NCBI GenBank assembly: GCA_043754275.1
Contig: JAYUVE010000042.1
Coordinates: 10,124 to 74,123 of the forward strand
Length of the DNA: 64,000 nucleotides
DNA from: Microbacteriaceae bacterium
GTDB taxonomy: Bacteria > Actinomycetota > Actinomycetes > Actinomycetales > Microbacteriaceae
Direction: 5' to 3'
Positions 30,791 to 40,338 of the stretch are shown here, in pieces. A program made the position numbers and the translations under genes. Each line of letters opens with the position of its first letter. The first letter of the stretch is position 1. Below the pieces are notes generated by a model. That model made no database searches and was not told the DNA's origin. It saw nothing but the letters and a program-made list of their open reading frames with translations.

Positions 30791-31926
30791 GCCGCTGCCC
30801 CCACCCCGAGCTCGACGGCAAGGCGCACGTACATCGCGTGGGACCACAGCAGCGGCGTCGCCACACCGCCCCAGCGGTCGACCCATTCGGCCTTGCGCTC
30901 GGGAGCGAGCAGATGCCGATCGACCTGCTCGGGCATCAAGCCCTCGGCCGTGACGGTCGACGCTGCCCAGCGCAGTTGCCCGAGCGCTCGCTCGCGCTGT
31001 CCCGCGGCATTCAGGGCGAGACCGAGCATGCAGCTCAGCAGCGGCCACTGCCCTCCGCCGTAAAAGGTGTCGCCGAGATAGCGGTGCACGCCTCCGTCAA
31101 CGTTGAGTTGCTCGTCGATGGCCGCGATCGTGGCGGCTCCGATCGAGCTGCCTGCGGGGAACACGTCCAGCGGATGGATGACCGCGAGCAGGCTCGCGTC
31201 AACCTCGGTCGAGCCGAGCCACTTCGCGAGGTGCCCGTCCACGAGTCCATCGTTGCGGATGCGGGCACGGATGTCATGGTTGGCGACACGCACGTCAAGC
31301 GCACGCTGCGGGTCGAGGGTGTCGATCACCGCGGAAAGGCCCCCGGCGATGCAGCCCAGGGTGGAGACATGCACCTCCTCGGCGCGCTCCTCCCACCAAT
31401 CGAAGCAGGGGCGGTTCCAGGAGCCGAGCAGGTAGTCGACGGCGAGTTCGATGGAACGCTGCCAGCGCCCGAGATCGAGCGAGTGGCGTGCGGCGTGCTC
31501 GGCGAGGGCCCACAGCCAGGTGCCGTACCCGTCGAGTTGGAAGTCCCACCACTCGTCGTCGCCCTCCCTGCCGTCGAGAGTGAAGCGAGTCGGCAGCATC
31601 GCGGCATCCGGCACGGGTCGGCCAGCTGCGGCACCCGCGGTGATTTCGCTGATCTGGCCCTGGCGGGAGAGCAGGATGCCGGCGCACCAGTCGTGGAAGC
31701 TGCTCGCCGAGGAGATCCCGCGTTCGCTGCCGTAGGCGGAAACCCCGTCGGCGATGAAGGCCCCGTCGCGAAACCAGGAGTACCCGCGATAGGCCGAGAA
31801 GGTGGGGCTGGCGGGATAGGCCCCTGAGTCATCCTGCAGCGAGACGATGGTCTCGAAGCTGCTGTCAGCGAGCGCGGAAAGCTCGGGCATGCTCCATGCT
31901 CCCGACCTGCTGCTGGCGGTGGTCAT
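30787..31926 (-). CDS. GH15 glycosidase, isomaltose glucohydrolase-like
   Basis: YSWFRDG, FQLDGYG, DWWEE, YGGGQW, PEQV, PLLWSHA. Confidence 0.85.
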   Translation of the reverse strand: MTTASSRSGAWSMPELSALADSSFETIVSLQDDSGAYPASPTFSAYRGYSWFRDGAFIADGVSAYGSERGISSASSFHDWCAGILLSRQGQISEITAGAAAGRPVPDAAMLPTRFTLDGREGDDEWWDFQLDGYGTWLWALAEHAARHSLDLGRWQRSIELAVDYLLGSWNRPCFDWWEERAEEVHVSTLGCIAGGLSAVIDTLDPQRALDVRVANHDIRARIRNDGLVDGHLAKWLGSTEVDASLLAVIHPLDVFPAGSSIGAATIAAIDEQLNVDGGVHRYLGDTFYGGGQWPLLSCMLGLALNAAGQRERALGQLRWAASTVTAEGLMPEQVDRHLLAPERKAEWVDRWGGVATPLLWSHAMYVRLAVELGVGAAA

Positions 31927-31958
31927 TGATTCTCCTGGTTCGTGGCGTGGTCGTGGAT

Positions 31959-31989
31959 GGGTCCCGAGGCCGCTGGGGCCTCGGGACCC
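31959..31989 (-). terminator. Intra-operon hairpin after the SBP gene
   Basis: 13-bp perfect stem GGGTCCCGAGGCC/GGCCTCGGGACCC. Confidence 0.65.
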
Positions 31990-32005
31990 GGGTGGTGAGC
32001 GGCTA

Positions 32006-33247
32006 TCAGCCGCCGATCACCGCATTGATGCGCTTCTCGGCGGAGTCGAGCGCCTCCTGCACGGTCTTGCGACCGGCCTGGGCTTCGACGAGTTCCTCGC
32101 CCATGATGTCTTGCATCTCGGACTGGCCGGCGGCGACGACGGGCGGGAGGGCGATGCCATCCAGCGAGTCGAAGACCGCCTGGCGGTTGGCCGGCGTGCC
32201 CTTGGTCAGGTAGGTCGCGAGCTTCGAGTCATCCGAAATGGGCGGCAGTTCCCAGCCGGAGTTGAGGCGCACGTCCACCATGGTGTCGGACGAGGTGAGG
32301 AACTCGACCCACTTGGTGGCAGCCGCGACGTGCTTCGAGTTGGCCGAAACACCGACCGCGTTCGAGAACACCGCGCTGGCCTGGGTGGTGTTGCCGGGCT
32401 CGACGGCGATGTCCCAGTTGAATGGAACGTCGGCAACAGAGCCGAACACCCAGATGCCGGTGTGCAGCATCGCGAGCTTGCCATCCTTGAACAGGTTGGT
32501 GTCGAAGTCGGCGGTGCCCTGGCCCTGCTCGATCGTAGGCATCACGGTGCCGCTCTTCTCGACCAGCCACTTCGCCGCCTCTAGCCCCTCGGGAGAGTTG
32601 AAGGCGACCTTGGTCTTGTCGTCGGTAAGAAACTTGCCGCCGCTCTGCGCGAGCGCCTTGTAGTACTCGTAGAAGCTGATCGGCTGGTGGTCACCCCAGA
32701 CGTTCGCGGTCTGGTCAGTCAGTGCCAGAGCCGCCTTCTTCTCGTCGGCCCAGGTCCAGTCTTTGGTCGGGTAGCTGATGCCCTTCGCGTCGAACAGGTC
32801 CTTGTTGTAGTAGAGCACCACGTCGGAGAAGGAACTCGGCAGCGCGTAGGAGGTGCCGTCGGTCGAGTACGCGTCCAACAGTGACTTCTTGTACGCAGCT
32901 GGGGCGGTCACCGTGAGTGGAGCCAGAACGCCGTTCGCCTGGTACGAGGCGTAGTTGGAGTACTCGATGTCGAAGACATCGGCCTCTGTTCCGGCAGCGA
33001 GGTCGGTCTGCAACGCCGTGCCGTAGTCCCCGTAGGGCAGGGTCGTGACATCGACGGTGATGTTGGGGTTCGCCTTCTCGAACGCCGCGACGATTGTCGC
33101 GAGGTTCTTCTCGTTGCCGTCGTTGGAGATGAAGTTGCTGTACGTGATTGTGACAGGACCGTCGTCGGCGGCGGTGGTGGCGCAGCCGGACAGCGCGAAG
33201 GCTGCGACCCCAAGCAGGCCGAGACCGGTGAGCAGTGTGCGTTTCAT
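32006..33247 (-). CDS. Sugar ABC transporter substrate-binding lipoprotein
   Basis: LSGC lipobox, FEKANPNITV, LYYNKDLF. Confidence 0.92.
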   Translation of the reverse strand: MKRTLLTGLGLLGVAAFALSGCATTAADDGPVTITYSNFISNDGNEKNLATIVAAFEKANPNITVDVTTLPYGDYGTALQTDLAAGTEADVFDIEYSNYASYQANGVLAPLTVTAPAAYKKSLLDAYSTDGTSYALPSSFSDVVLYYNKDLFDAKGISYPTKDWTWADEKKAALALTDQTANVWGDHQPISFYEYYKALAQSGGKFLTDDKTKVAFNSPEGLEAAKWLVEKSGTVMPTIEQGQGTADFDTNLFKDGKLAMLHTGIWVFGSVADVPFNWDIAVEPGNTTQASAVFSNAVGVSANSKHVAAATKWVEFLTSSDTMVDVRLNSGWELPPISDDSKLATYLTKGTPANRQAVFDSLDGIALPPVVAAGQSEMQDIMGEELVEAQAGRKTVQEALDSAEKRINAVIGG

Positions 33248-33300
33248 GGTGCTATCTCCTTTGATATTCATGGGGTGGTGCTGTGGTTCCGCTGCGGGGC

Positions 33301-34170
33301 TCACTTGAGCCCCGAGCTGGCGACGCCCTGAATGACGTACTTCTGAGCGAAGATGTAGAGCGCGAGCATCGGCAGGATGCTCACGACGGAGCCGGCCATG
33401 ATGATGTCCCACTCCGTGGTGTACTGCCCCTGCAGGCCGGCGAGCGCGATGGGCAGCGTCTGCAGTTCGGGCTTGCGCAGCACCACGAGCGGCCACAGGA
33501 AGCTGTTCCAGCTGCCCATGAACGCGAAGATCGTGAGCGTCGCCAGCGCCGGGCGGATGTTGGGAAGGATGACCGTCCAGAAGATCCGGAAGTGGCCAGC
33601 GCCATCCAGGGTCGCCGCCTCGTCCAATTCGCGGGGCACCTGGTTGACCGCCTGGCGCAGCAGGAAGATGCCGAAGGCGCTCGCGAAGGTCGGCAGCAGC
33701 GCGCCAAGGTAAGTGTTGAGCAGGCCGAAGTTCTTGAGCTCGACGAACAGGGGCACGATGAGCACCTGCAGGGGGATCATCATCGTGGCGAGATAGATCG
33801 CGAACACGAATCCGCGGCCCTTGAAGGGCAGCCTGCTGAAGGCGTAGGCGGCCGTCGAGCTTGTGACCAGTTGGATCACGGTCGTGACCGCGGCCAGCAG
33901 GAAGCTGTTCAGGATCACCCGAGCGAACGGACGCTCGGCGAAGAGCCGCGCGTAGGCGTCCAGCGACGGATGCTCGGGAATGAGCGCCGGCGTCACGGTC
34001 AGCCCGACCCCCGGGCTGATCGAGGTGATGATCGTCCAGAGGAAGGGGAAGAACATCGCCAGCGCGCCGAGGATGATGACGACGTGCAGGAGAATCCAGC
34101 CCGCCCGGTGCGAAACCGGCATCGGCCGCTGGACAGTGCCCGGCGCGCTGCGCAGCGCGGCGTCAGCCAT
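33301..34170 (-). CDS. Carbohydrate ABC permease (MalG-like)
   Basis: ELDEAATLDGAG EAA loop, WNSFLWP. Confidence 0.93.
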   Translation of the reverse strand: MADAALRSAPGTVQRPMPVSHRAGWILLHVVIILGALAMFFPFLWTIITSISPGVGLTVTPALIPEHPSLDAYARLFAERPFARVILNSFLLAAVTTVIQLVTSSTAAYAFSRLPFKGRGFVFAIYLATMMIPLQVLIVPLFVELKNFGLLNTYLGALLPTFASAFGIFLLRQAVNQVPRELDEAATLDGAGHFRIFWTVILPNIRPALATLTIFAFMGSWNSFLWPLVVLRKPELQTLPIALAGLQGQYTTEWDIIMAGSVVSILPMLALYIFAQKYVIQGVASSGLK

Positions 34171-35134
34171 AGTTCACCCACCGCCTCTGGCCGCGCACCT
34201 GGATGAGGGTGATGGCGAGCACGACCACGAAGAGGATCCAGGACAGCGCCGATGCCTCGCCCGCGGCGCCGTAGCGGAACGTGAGGTCGTAGATCTGCTG
34301 CACCACGACCTCGCTCGCGCCATTCGGGCCGCCACCGGTCATTGCATAGACCTGGTCGAACACCTGGAAGCCGTTGATGAGCGAGATCACGAGTACGAAG
34401 AACGTCGACGGCGACAGCAGAGGGAGGGTGACGCTCCAGAGCCGACGCCACCAGCCCGCGCCATCCACCTTTGCGGCGTCGTACATATCCGGGTCGATCG
34501 CCTGCAGGCCCGCCAGCAGGATGACCATGACGAATCCGAGGTCTTTCCAGGCCGAGGCGATGATGATCGAGGGCATCGCCCAGGCCGGGTCGGTCCACCA
34601 GCCGGGGCCGGCAATCCCGAAGAAGCCGAGCACCGCGTTGACGATCCCGTTGCTCGGGTTGAGCAGCCAGCGCCAGACCAGCGCCACGACGATCCAGCTG
34701 GTCACGACCGGGAGGAAGTAGACCCCGCGCAGGAAGGAACGGCCTTTGAGCGCCGTGTTGAGCGCGAGGGCGAGCGCGAGCCCGCCGAGGTAGACGAGCG
34801 GGAGGTATCCCGCAATGTAGTAGGCGGTGTGCAGGAAGACCTCGCCGGTCCTCGGGTCGGTGAGCAGGTGCGTGTAGTTGTCCAGCCCAATGAACTTCAT
34901 CGGTGAGAGCAGGTTCCACTTGTGCAGGCTCACCCACGCCGCCGCCACCATCGGCCCGAGCACGAAGAGCGTCAACGGGATAGCGCTGGGCAGCAGGAAG
35001 GCCAGCACGGTGAGCGTGTACCTGGATCGCACCGCGCGCGACCTGCTGCGCACCGGCGGAGTCAGCACCGTCGGCGTCTGCACCGTCGGCGTCGAGCGAT
35101 CGACGAGGCTGGTCTGCGGCGTGGAGACGCTCAC
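34163..35134 (-). CDS. Carbohydrate ABC permease (MalF-like)
   Basis: LAGLQAID..YDAAKVDGA, FQVFDQV. Confidence 0.93.
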   Translation of the reverse strand: MSVSTPQTSLVDRSTPTVQTPTVLTPPVRSRSRAVRSRYTLTVLAFLLPSAIPLTLFVLGPMVAAAWVSLHKWNLLSPMKFIGLDNYTHLLTDPRTGEVFLHTAYYIAGYLPLVYLGGLALALALNTALKGRSFLRGVYFLPVVTSWIVVALVWRWLLNPSNGIVNAVLGFFGIAGPGWWTDPAWAMPSIIIASAWKDLGFVMVILLAGLQAIDPDMYDAAKVDGAGWWRRLWSVTLPLLSPSTFFVLVISLINGFQVFDQVYAMTGGGPNGASEVVVQQIYDLTFRYGAAGEASALSWILFVVVLAITLIQVRGQRRWVNYG

Positions 35135-36354
35135 GGGAGATCGTCTCCCTGTGGCGACGACTGCTCGACGAGCCGCTCGCGCACGAGGCGCCCCTGGTCG
35201 CCGGCCAGCCCTTCGGAGTCGAAGGGAGTGGCAAGCACGATCGCGGCGGCGCCCTGCGCCCAGCTCTCGTCCTGCCAGGTCTCCACGGCCACGGCCACGC
35301 CGCGACGACTCGGGATGAGGGCGGAGCGCAGCGCGGGCTCGAAGCCAAACGACCAGTGCTTCCAGGCCGCGGTCCCCTCGCCCAGGATGATGACGATCTC
35401 CGGATCGAGCGTGTGCACGACGCCGGCCAGAGCCCGGCCGAGCTGATGGCCGGCCTCGCTAAAGATGGCCGTCGCCTCCGGGTTCTCGGCGTCGGCGGCG
35501 GCGCGCAGGGCGGACATCCCGCTTCCCGTGCCGATGACCCCAAGGTCGCGGGCGCGCTTGACGAGCGAAGCCTCGCCGATGAACGACTCGAGGCAGCCGT
35601 GGCTGCCGCAGGAGCACAGCGGCCCGGTCTCGCGCACGGGGATGTGGCCGATCTCCCCCGCACCACCGGCATTGCCGCGCAGCACGACACCGTCAACGAC
35701 GATTCCAGCGCCGACACCGGTTCCTATCGTCACCACCAGGAAGTTGTCGTGCTGTCGACCGACGCCGTAGAGGCGCTCGGCGACCGCGAGGGCGTTGACG
35801 TTGTTCTCGACCAGAACCGGCAGGGAAAACTCGCGACGCAGCGTGGAGCCGATCGGCACCTGCTGCCAGCCGAGCTGCGCGGAATCGACGAGTCCATTGC
35901 CCTGGCGATCGACGCTGCCGGGCACGCCAACGCCGATGCCGAGAAGAGGCTCCTGTGATCCGCCGGCGATGAAGCGGCGCAGCAGCGAAGTGAGGTCGGC
36001 GAGAAACGTGTTCGCAAATGCGTCGAAGGGCTCGCTTGCCGAGCGGCGCACCGCACCGTCGATCCCGACTTCAACGAAGGCCACGTGGTCGGCGACGACC
36101 TTGACGCCCACGGCGCGACCTGCGGATGACACGAGCCCGAGCATCCGCGCCGGTCGCCCGCCCTGCGACGGCGAATGCTCCAGCTCGACCAGCAGGCCGT
36201 CGGCGATGAGGTCTTTCGTGAGCGCGGTCATGAGCGCCGGGGAGACATTGAGCCCGCGGGCGAGGTCGGCACGCGAGGCGGGGCCGTGGGCACCAAGGTG
36301 CGCCAAGATCGCAGACCGATTGACATCGGTGCGCGGTGCGGGACGGAGCGCCAT
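35131..36354 (-). CDS. ROK family transcriptional repressor
   Basis: N-terminal HTH, VENNVNA, GEIGH, CSCGSHGCLE. Confidence 0.92.
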   Translation of the reverse strand: MALRPAPRTDVNRSAILAHLGAHGPASRADLARGLNVSPALMTALTKDLIADGLLVELEHSPSQGGRPARMLGLVSSAGRAVGVKVVADHVAFVEVGIDGAVRRSASEPFDAFANTFLADLTSLLRRFIAGGSQEPLLGIGVGVPGSVDRQGNGLVDSAQLGWQQVPIGSTLRREFSLPVLVENNVNALAVAERLYGVGRQHDNFLVVTIGTGVGAGIVVDGVVLRGNAGGAGEIGHIPVRETGPLCSCGSHGCLESFIGEASLVKRARDLGVIGTGSGMSALRAAADAENPEATAIFSEAGHQLGRALAGVVHTLDPEIVIILGEGTAAWKHWSFGFEPALRSALIPSRRGVAVAVETWQDESWAQGAAAIVLATPFDSEGLAGDQGRLVRERLVEQSSPQGDDLP

Positions 36355-36376
36355 GGGACCGTTCTTCCTGATCGGC

Positions 36377-36399
36377 TTTGTTCAGAACTAAATAAACAA
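36377..36399. promoter_or_regulatory. Probable ROK operator
   Basis: AT-rich TTGTT-N12-AACAA inverted repeat just upstream of the ROK start. Confidence 0.5.
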
Positions 36400-36440
36400 T
36401 AGAATGAAGTATCTGGTTCGTCAAGTCGAAGGAGCAAGCC

Positions 36441-37220
36441 GTGACTCAGCCCGAAGCCAGAGTCGAATTCGATCACTACACGGCCGAGCTCATCGAGACC
36501 TGTGAGGGACATCCCCTCATCACAGGCCTCGTGCTGATGGGATCGACCGCAGATCGAATGCGGGTCGACGAATGGTCAGATCACGACTTCGCGGTCGTGG
36601 TGGCGGCGGGCGACGAAGAGACCCTGCGCAACGACCTCTCTTGGCTGCCGCGTTCCGCCTCCATTGTTTCCACGGCGCGGGAGCACCATGACGGCTTCAA
36701 GGTGATCTACCGCGACGGCTCCGTGATCGAATTCGGCGTCACGAACGCGGACGATCTCGCCGGCTGGCACGTGAACGCCTGGGAGGTTGCCTACGGTGAC
36801 GACGAACTACGCGCAACCATGCAGGCAGTGGCAGCACGAGTGAAGCCGCTGGATGCCGTCGACCCCGAGCGAGACTTAGCCGTGTTCCTGACCGCGCTGC
36901 TGGTAGGGGTCGGCCGGGCCCGCCGGGGCGAGGTCCTGAGCGGCAGCGCTTCGGTGCGCGGCTTAGCTCTCGACCATTTGCTCGTGCTCCTGCGCGAACT
37001 CGTTCCCGCGACCGGCTCAGAGCAGTTGGATGACCTCGACCAACGTCGACGCTTCGAGCTCGTGCATCCCGGGCTGGGCCGCGAGCTCGGCCTCGCACTT
37101 GAGCTGCCGGTGGAGGAGTGCGCCCGCGACCTCCTGCGAGTCGCCGAAGAGCAGCTCTCCGGATGGCCGGGCTTTCCCGTCGATGCGGTCGACGTCGTGC
37201 GGCAGCGGCTCGCCTGGTAG
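36441..37220 (+). CDS. Pol-beta-like nucleotidyltransferase-fold protein
   Basis: GSTAD...DEWSDHDF (GS...DxD) plus helical C-terminal domain, as in aminoglycoside/lincosamide nucleotidyltransferase-like proteins. Confidence 0.6.
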   Translation: MTQPEARVEFDHYTAELIETCEGHPLITGLVLMGSTADRMRVDEWSDHDFAVVVAAGDEETLRNDLSWLPRSASIVSTAREHHDGFKVIYRDGSVIEFGVTNADDLAGWHVNAWEVAYGDDELRATMQAVAARVKPLDAVDPERDLAVFLTALLVGVGRARRGEVLSGSASVRGLALDHLLVLLRELVPATGSEQLDDLDQRRRFELVHPGLGRELGLALELPVEECARDLLRVAEEQLSGWPGFPVDAVDVVRQRLAW

Positions 37221-37230
37221 GCGTAGTGGA

Positions 37231-37599
37231 TCAGCGGTCCGCCACGATGTGGCGTGAGAGAACCACGGCGATCTGCTCGATACTCGCCCCGCGGGCAACG
37301 TCGAGCACGAGTTCGAACTTCTCGTCCTGGGTCATCTCGAGATCCGCGCCGTTGAGATTGAGAAAGGCGACGGTGAGGATCCAAGCCGTTCGCTTGTTGC
37401 TGTCCAGGAGCGCGTGGTTCCTCGCGAGCGACGAGAACAGAGCGGCGGCCTTCAGCTCGAGGCTCTCGTAGGCATCCACGCCGAACGCGCTTGAAGCGGG
37501 CCGCGCGAGCGCGGAGAACAGGAGCCCTGGGTCACGCAGATGGAAGCCAAGGCGCTGCACGACAGCGAGCCCCTGCTCTGGGTCGAGGTATCGGGTCAC
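37231..37599 (-). CDS. Doc/Fic-family toxin
   Basis: RDPGLLFSALARP, KAAAL..SLARNHALLDSNKRTA. Confidence 0.85.
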   Translation of the reverse strand: MTRYLDPEQGLAVVQRLGFHLRDPGLLFSALARPASSAFGVDAYESLELKAAALFSSLARNHALLDSNKRTAWILTVAFLNLNGADLEMTQDEKFELVLDVARGASIEQIAVVLSRHIVADR

Positions 37600-37802
37600 G
37601 CCTCTTCGAGTCGGCGCAAGAGTTCAGCATCGCGCGTGAGTGTGCGATCCACGCTTGCCATCACCAGGTCGGTCTTCGTGTTCGCCAGGACGAGGTCCTG
37701 CACGGCTTGCAGCACGAGTGAATGCTTCGAGGTGTGGCGTCCCTCCGCGATCTTCTGGAGGGCAGCATCCAGTTCGTTAGTGAGACGAACGGTCATGGCC
37801 AT
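37596..37802 (-). CDS. Ribbon-helix-helix antitoxin
   Basis: MAMTVRL...SKHSLV...RDAELLRRL; GTGA overlap with the toxin. Confidence 0.8.
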   Translation of the reverse strand: MAMTVRLTNELDAALQKIAEGRHTSKHSLVLQAVQDLVLANTKTDLVMASVDRTLTRDAELLRRLEEA

Positions 37803-37808
37803 GCAATA

Positions 37809-37827
37809 TGGTACCAGTTTGGTATCA
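37809..37827. promoter_or_regulatory. TA operator with tandem palindromes
   Basis: TGGTACCA-gtt-TGGTATCA overlapping a TACCAT -10 of a leaderless start. Confidence 0.65.
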
Positions 37828-37851
37828 GCCCAGCCGAGCGGGCTTTCGCAA

Positions 37852-38256
37852 TCAGTCCGCGACCGCGGCGACTGCTTCGATCTCCACCAACTGTTCGGGA
37901 TAGCCCAGAACAGTGACCCCGGTCAGTGTGCTGGGGGGAGCGTGAGTTCCGAAACCTGTGCACACGACGTCCCAAACCGTCCCGAGGTCAGACCGGGAAG
38001 ATGAGGCAACAAGCACCCGCGTGAAGATCACGTCGTCGAGTCCGGCGCCTGAGGCCGTCAGGGCGATGATGAGGTTCTCGAACGCCTTGGATGCCTGCGC
38101 AGCGAAGTCCCCCGGGGCAACGACGTCACCCGCCATGTCTATTGGACATGCACCGGCCAGGAATACCAGGCGAGATCCGACCGGAGCAGTCGCCGCATAG
38201 GCGTACCGAGCAGACGCGAAAAGCTGGTTGGAGCGAATGAGACCTACGACGGACAT
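37852..38256 (-). CDS. RidA/YjgF family protein
   Basis: LVFLAGACP, PPSTLTGVTVLGYPEQLVEIEA. Confidence 0.85.
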   Translation of the reverse strand: MSVVGLIRSNQLFASARYAYAATAPVGSRLVFLAGACPIDMAGDVVAPGDFAAQASKAFENLIIALTASGAGLDDVIFTRVLVASSSRSDLGTVWDVVCTGFGTHAPPSTLTGVTVLGYPEQLVEIEAVAAVAD

Positions 38257-38279
38257 GCCGCGAGTCTAGCGATCGGCTT

Positions 38280-39557
38280 TTAGGCTGATTTCTCCGCACG
38301 TTGCGCCTTGCGCGGCACGATCGTTGGCGCGGCGTTGTTGAGCACGGCTTCTTTCGTCACGATCACGCGGGCCACCTGGTCGTCCGACGGCACGTCGAAC
38401 ATGATCGGGCCGAGCACTTCTTCCATGATCGCGCGCAGGCCTCTGGCGCCGGTCTGGCGCAGCACGGCGAGGTCGGCGATGGACTCGAGGGCATCCTCAT
38501 CGAAGTCGAGCTCCACGCCGTCGATCTCAAACATGCGCTGGTACTGGCGCACAAGTGCGTTCTTCGGACGGGTGAGGATGTCCATGAGAGCGCTCTGGTC
38601 GAGTTGCGTGACCGTCGTGACGACCGGCAGTCGACCGATGAATTCGGGGATCAGCCCAAACTTGTGCAGGTCTTCTGGTAGCACCTCGCTGAAGAGGTTC
38701 ACGTCGTCGCCCTTGCTGTGCAGGGGAGCGCCGAAGCCAATGCCCTTCTTGCCCGCCCGCTGCGAGATGATCTCGTCGAGCCCAGCGAATGCGCCGGCGA
38801 CGATGAAGAGCACGTTGGTCGTGTCGACCTGGATGAACTCCTGGTGCGGATGCTTGCGGCCGCCCTGCGGGGGAACCGACGCGACGGTGCCCTCGAGGAT
38901 CTTGAGCAAGGCCTGCTGCACGCCCTCGCCAGAGACGTCCCGGGTGATCGACGGGTTCTCCGCCTTGCGGGCGATCTTGTCGATTTCGTCGATGTAGATG
39001 ATGCCGGTCTCGGCGCGCTTGACGTCGTAATCCGCTGCCTGGATGAGCTTGAGCAGGATGTTCTCGACGTCTTCACCGACGTAGCCGGCCTCGGTGAGAG
39101 CCGTGGCATCCGCTACTGCAAAGGGAACGTTGAGGCGCTTCGCGAGCGTCTGGGCCAGGTAGGTCTTGCCACAGCCGGTCGGGCCGATGAGCAGGATGTT
39201 CGACTTGGCTATCTCGACGTCGTCGATGATCGCGTCGGCGGAGGTGATCGTGTTGCGGGCACGGATGCGCTTGTCGTGGTTGTAGACGGCGACCGAAAGC
39301 GCACGCTTGGCGTGCTCCTGGCCGATGACGTACTCCTCAAGGAAGGCGTAGATCTCGCGCGGCTTGGGAAGGTCGAACTCGCTTGACGCCTCTTCGCCGG
39401 CTTCGGCGAGGCGCTCCTCGATGATCTCGTTGCAGAGTTCGACGCATTCGTCGCAGATGTAGACGCCCGGGCCCGCGATGAGCTGCTGGACCTGCTTCTG
39501 GCTCTTTCCACAGAAGGAACACTTGAGAAGGTCGGCGCTTTCCCCGATACGGGCCAT
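38280..39557 (-). CDS. clpX: ATP-dependent Clp protease ATP-binding subunit
   Basis: CSFCGK Zn finger, [26 protein letters not shown] loop. Confidence 0.98.
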   Translation of the reverse strand: MARIGESADLLKCSFCGKSQKQVQQLIAGPGVYICDECVELCNEIIEERLAEAGEEASSEFDLPKPREIYAFLEEYVIGQEHAKRALSVAVYNHDKRIRARNTITSADAIIDDVEIAKSNILLIGPTGCGKTYLAQTLAKRLNVPFAVADATALTEAGYVGEDVENILLKLIQAADYDVKRAETGIIYIDEIDKIARKAENPSITRDVSGEGVQQALLKILEGTVASVPPQGGRKHPHQEFIQVDTTNVLFIVAGAFAGLDEIISQRAGKKGIGFGAPLHSKGDDVNLFSEVLPEDLHKFGLIPEFIGRLPVVTTVTQLDQSALMDILTRPKNALVRQYQRMFEIDGVELDFDEDALESIADLAVLRQTGARGLRAIMEEVLGPIMFDVPSDDQVARVIVTKEAVLNNAAPTIVPRKAQRAEKSA

Positions 39558-39679
39558 GCCACGAGCCTAACCCGATCCGGCGACCCGTTACGGCACCATC
39601 TCCACAAGTGTCGCGGCGCGCCGCGCGGTTTGGTGAACGCCGATCCGAGCGCCCAGACGGGTGTGGCAGCATAGAAAAA

Positions 39680-40288
39680 ATGAAAGTCAACCCGAGACGC
39701 ATCGCGATCCTTGTCGCGATCGCCGCCCTAGCATCCAGCGCGGCCCTTCTAGCGAGCCCCTCCCCCGCACAGGCCCACAACGATCTCGTGTCGTCCACGC
39801 CGGCGGCTGGGGAGATCCTGACCGAGTTGCCGGAGCAGTTCGCCATCACGACCAACGAGCCGCTCCTGGCAATCGGCGGCACGGGCGGGTTCGCACTGCA
39901 GATCCGCGATGCCGCCGGCCTGTACTACGGCGATGGCTGTGTCGCCGTGGCTGGCGCATCGATGACCGCGACCCCGGCTCTCGGCGCTCCCGGGACCTAC
40001 ACGATCCTGTGGCAGGTCGTCTCGGAAGACGGCCACAGCGTCTCTGACGACTACACCTTCACCTGGGCTCCGGTCGGGGAGTCGGTTTCGAGTCAGGACT
40101 CGGCCACTCCCCCTGATTGCCACGGCACTGCGCAGGTCTCCGCTCCCAACCCGGAGGGCACGGCGGTAGCAGCCTCGAGGGAGTCCAAGGCCGATCTCGG
40201 CCAGCTGCTCTGGATCGGTGGCGGGATCGCTGCACTGCTTCTAGCCGCGCTCGTGACATTCATCGTGCTCGGGCGCAGGCGCCGCTGA
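39680..40288 (+). CDS. copC: CopC copper-binding protein with C-terminal TM
   Basis: Signal AQA-H, STPAAG, WQVVSEDGH. Confidence 0.85.
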   Translation: MKVNPRRIAILVAIAALASSAALLASPSPAQAHNDLVSSTPAAGEILTELPEQFAITTNEPLLAIGGTGGFALQIRDAAGLYYGDGCVAVAGASMTATPALGAPGTYTILWQVVSEDGHSVSDDYTFTWAPVGESVSSQDSATPPDCHGTAQVSAPNPEGTAVAASRESKADLGQLLWIGGGIAALLLAALVTFIVLGRRRR

Positions 40289-40295
40289 CAGAACG

Positions 40296-40330
40296 CGAAA
40301 GGGCCGCCCCCAAGGAGGACGGCCCTTTCG
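40296..40330. terminator. Bidirectional hairpin between copC and clpP2
   Basis: CGAAAGGGCCG...CGGCCCTTTCG between convergent genes. Confidence 0.75.
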
Positions 40331-40338
40331 TCGTATGC

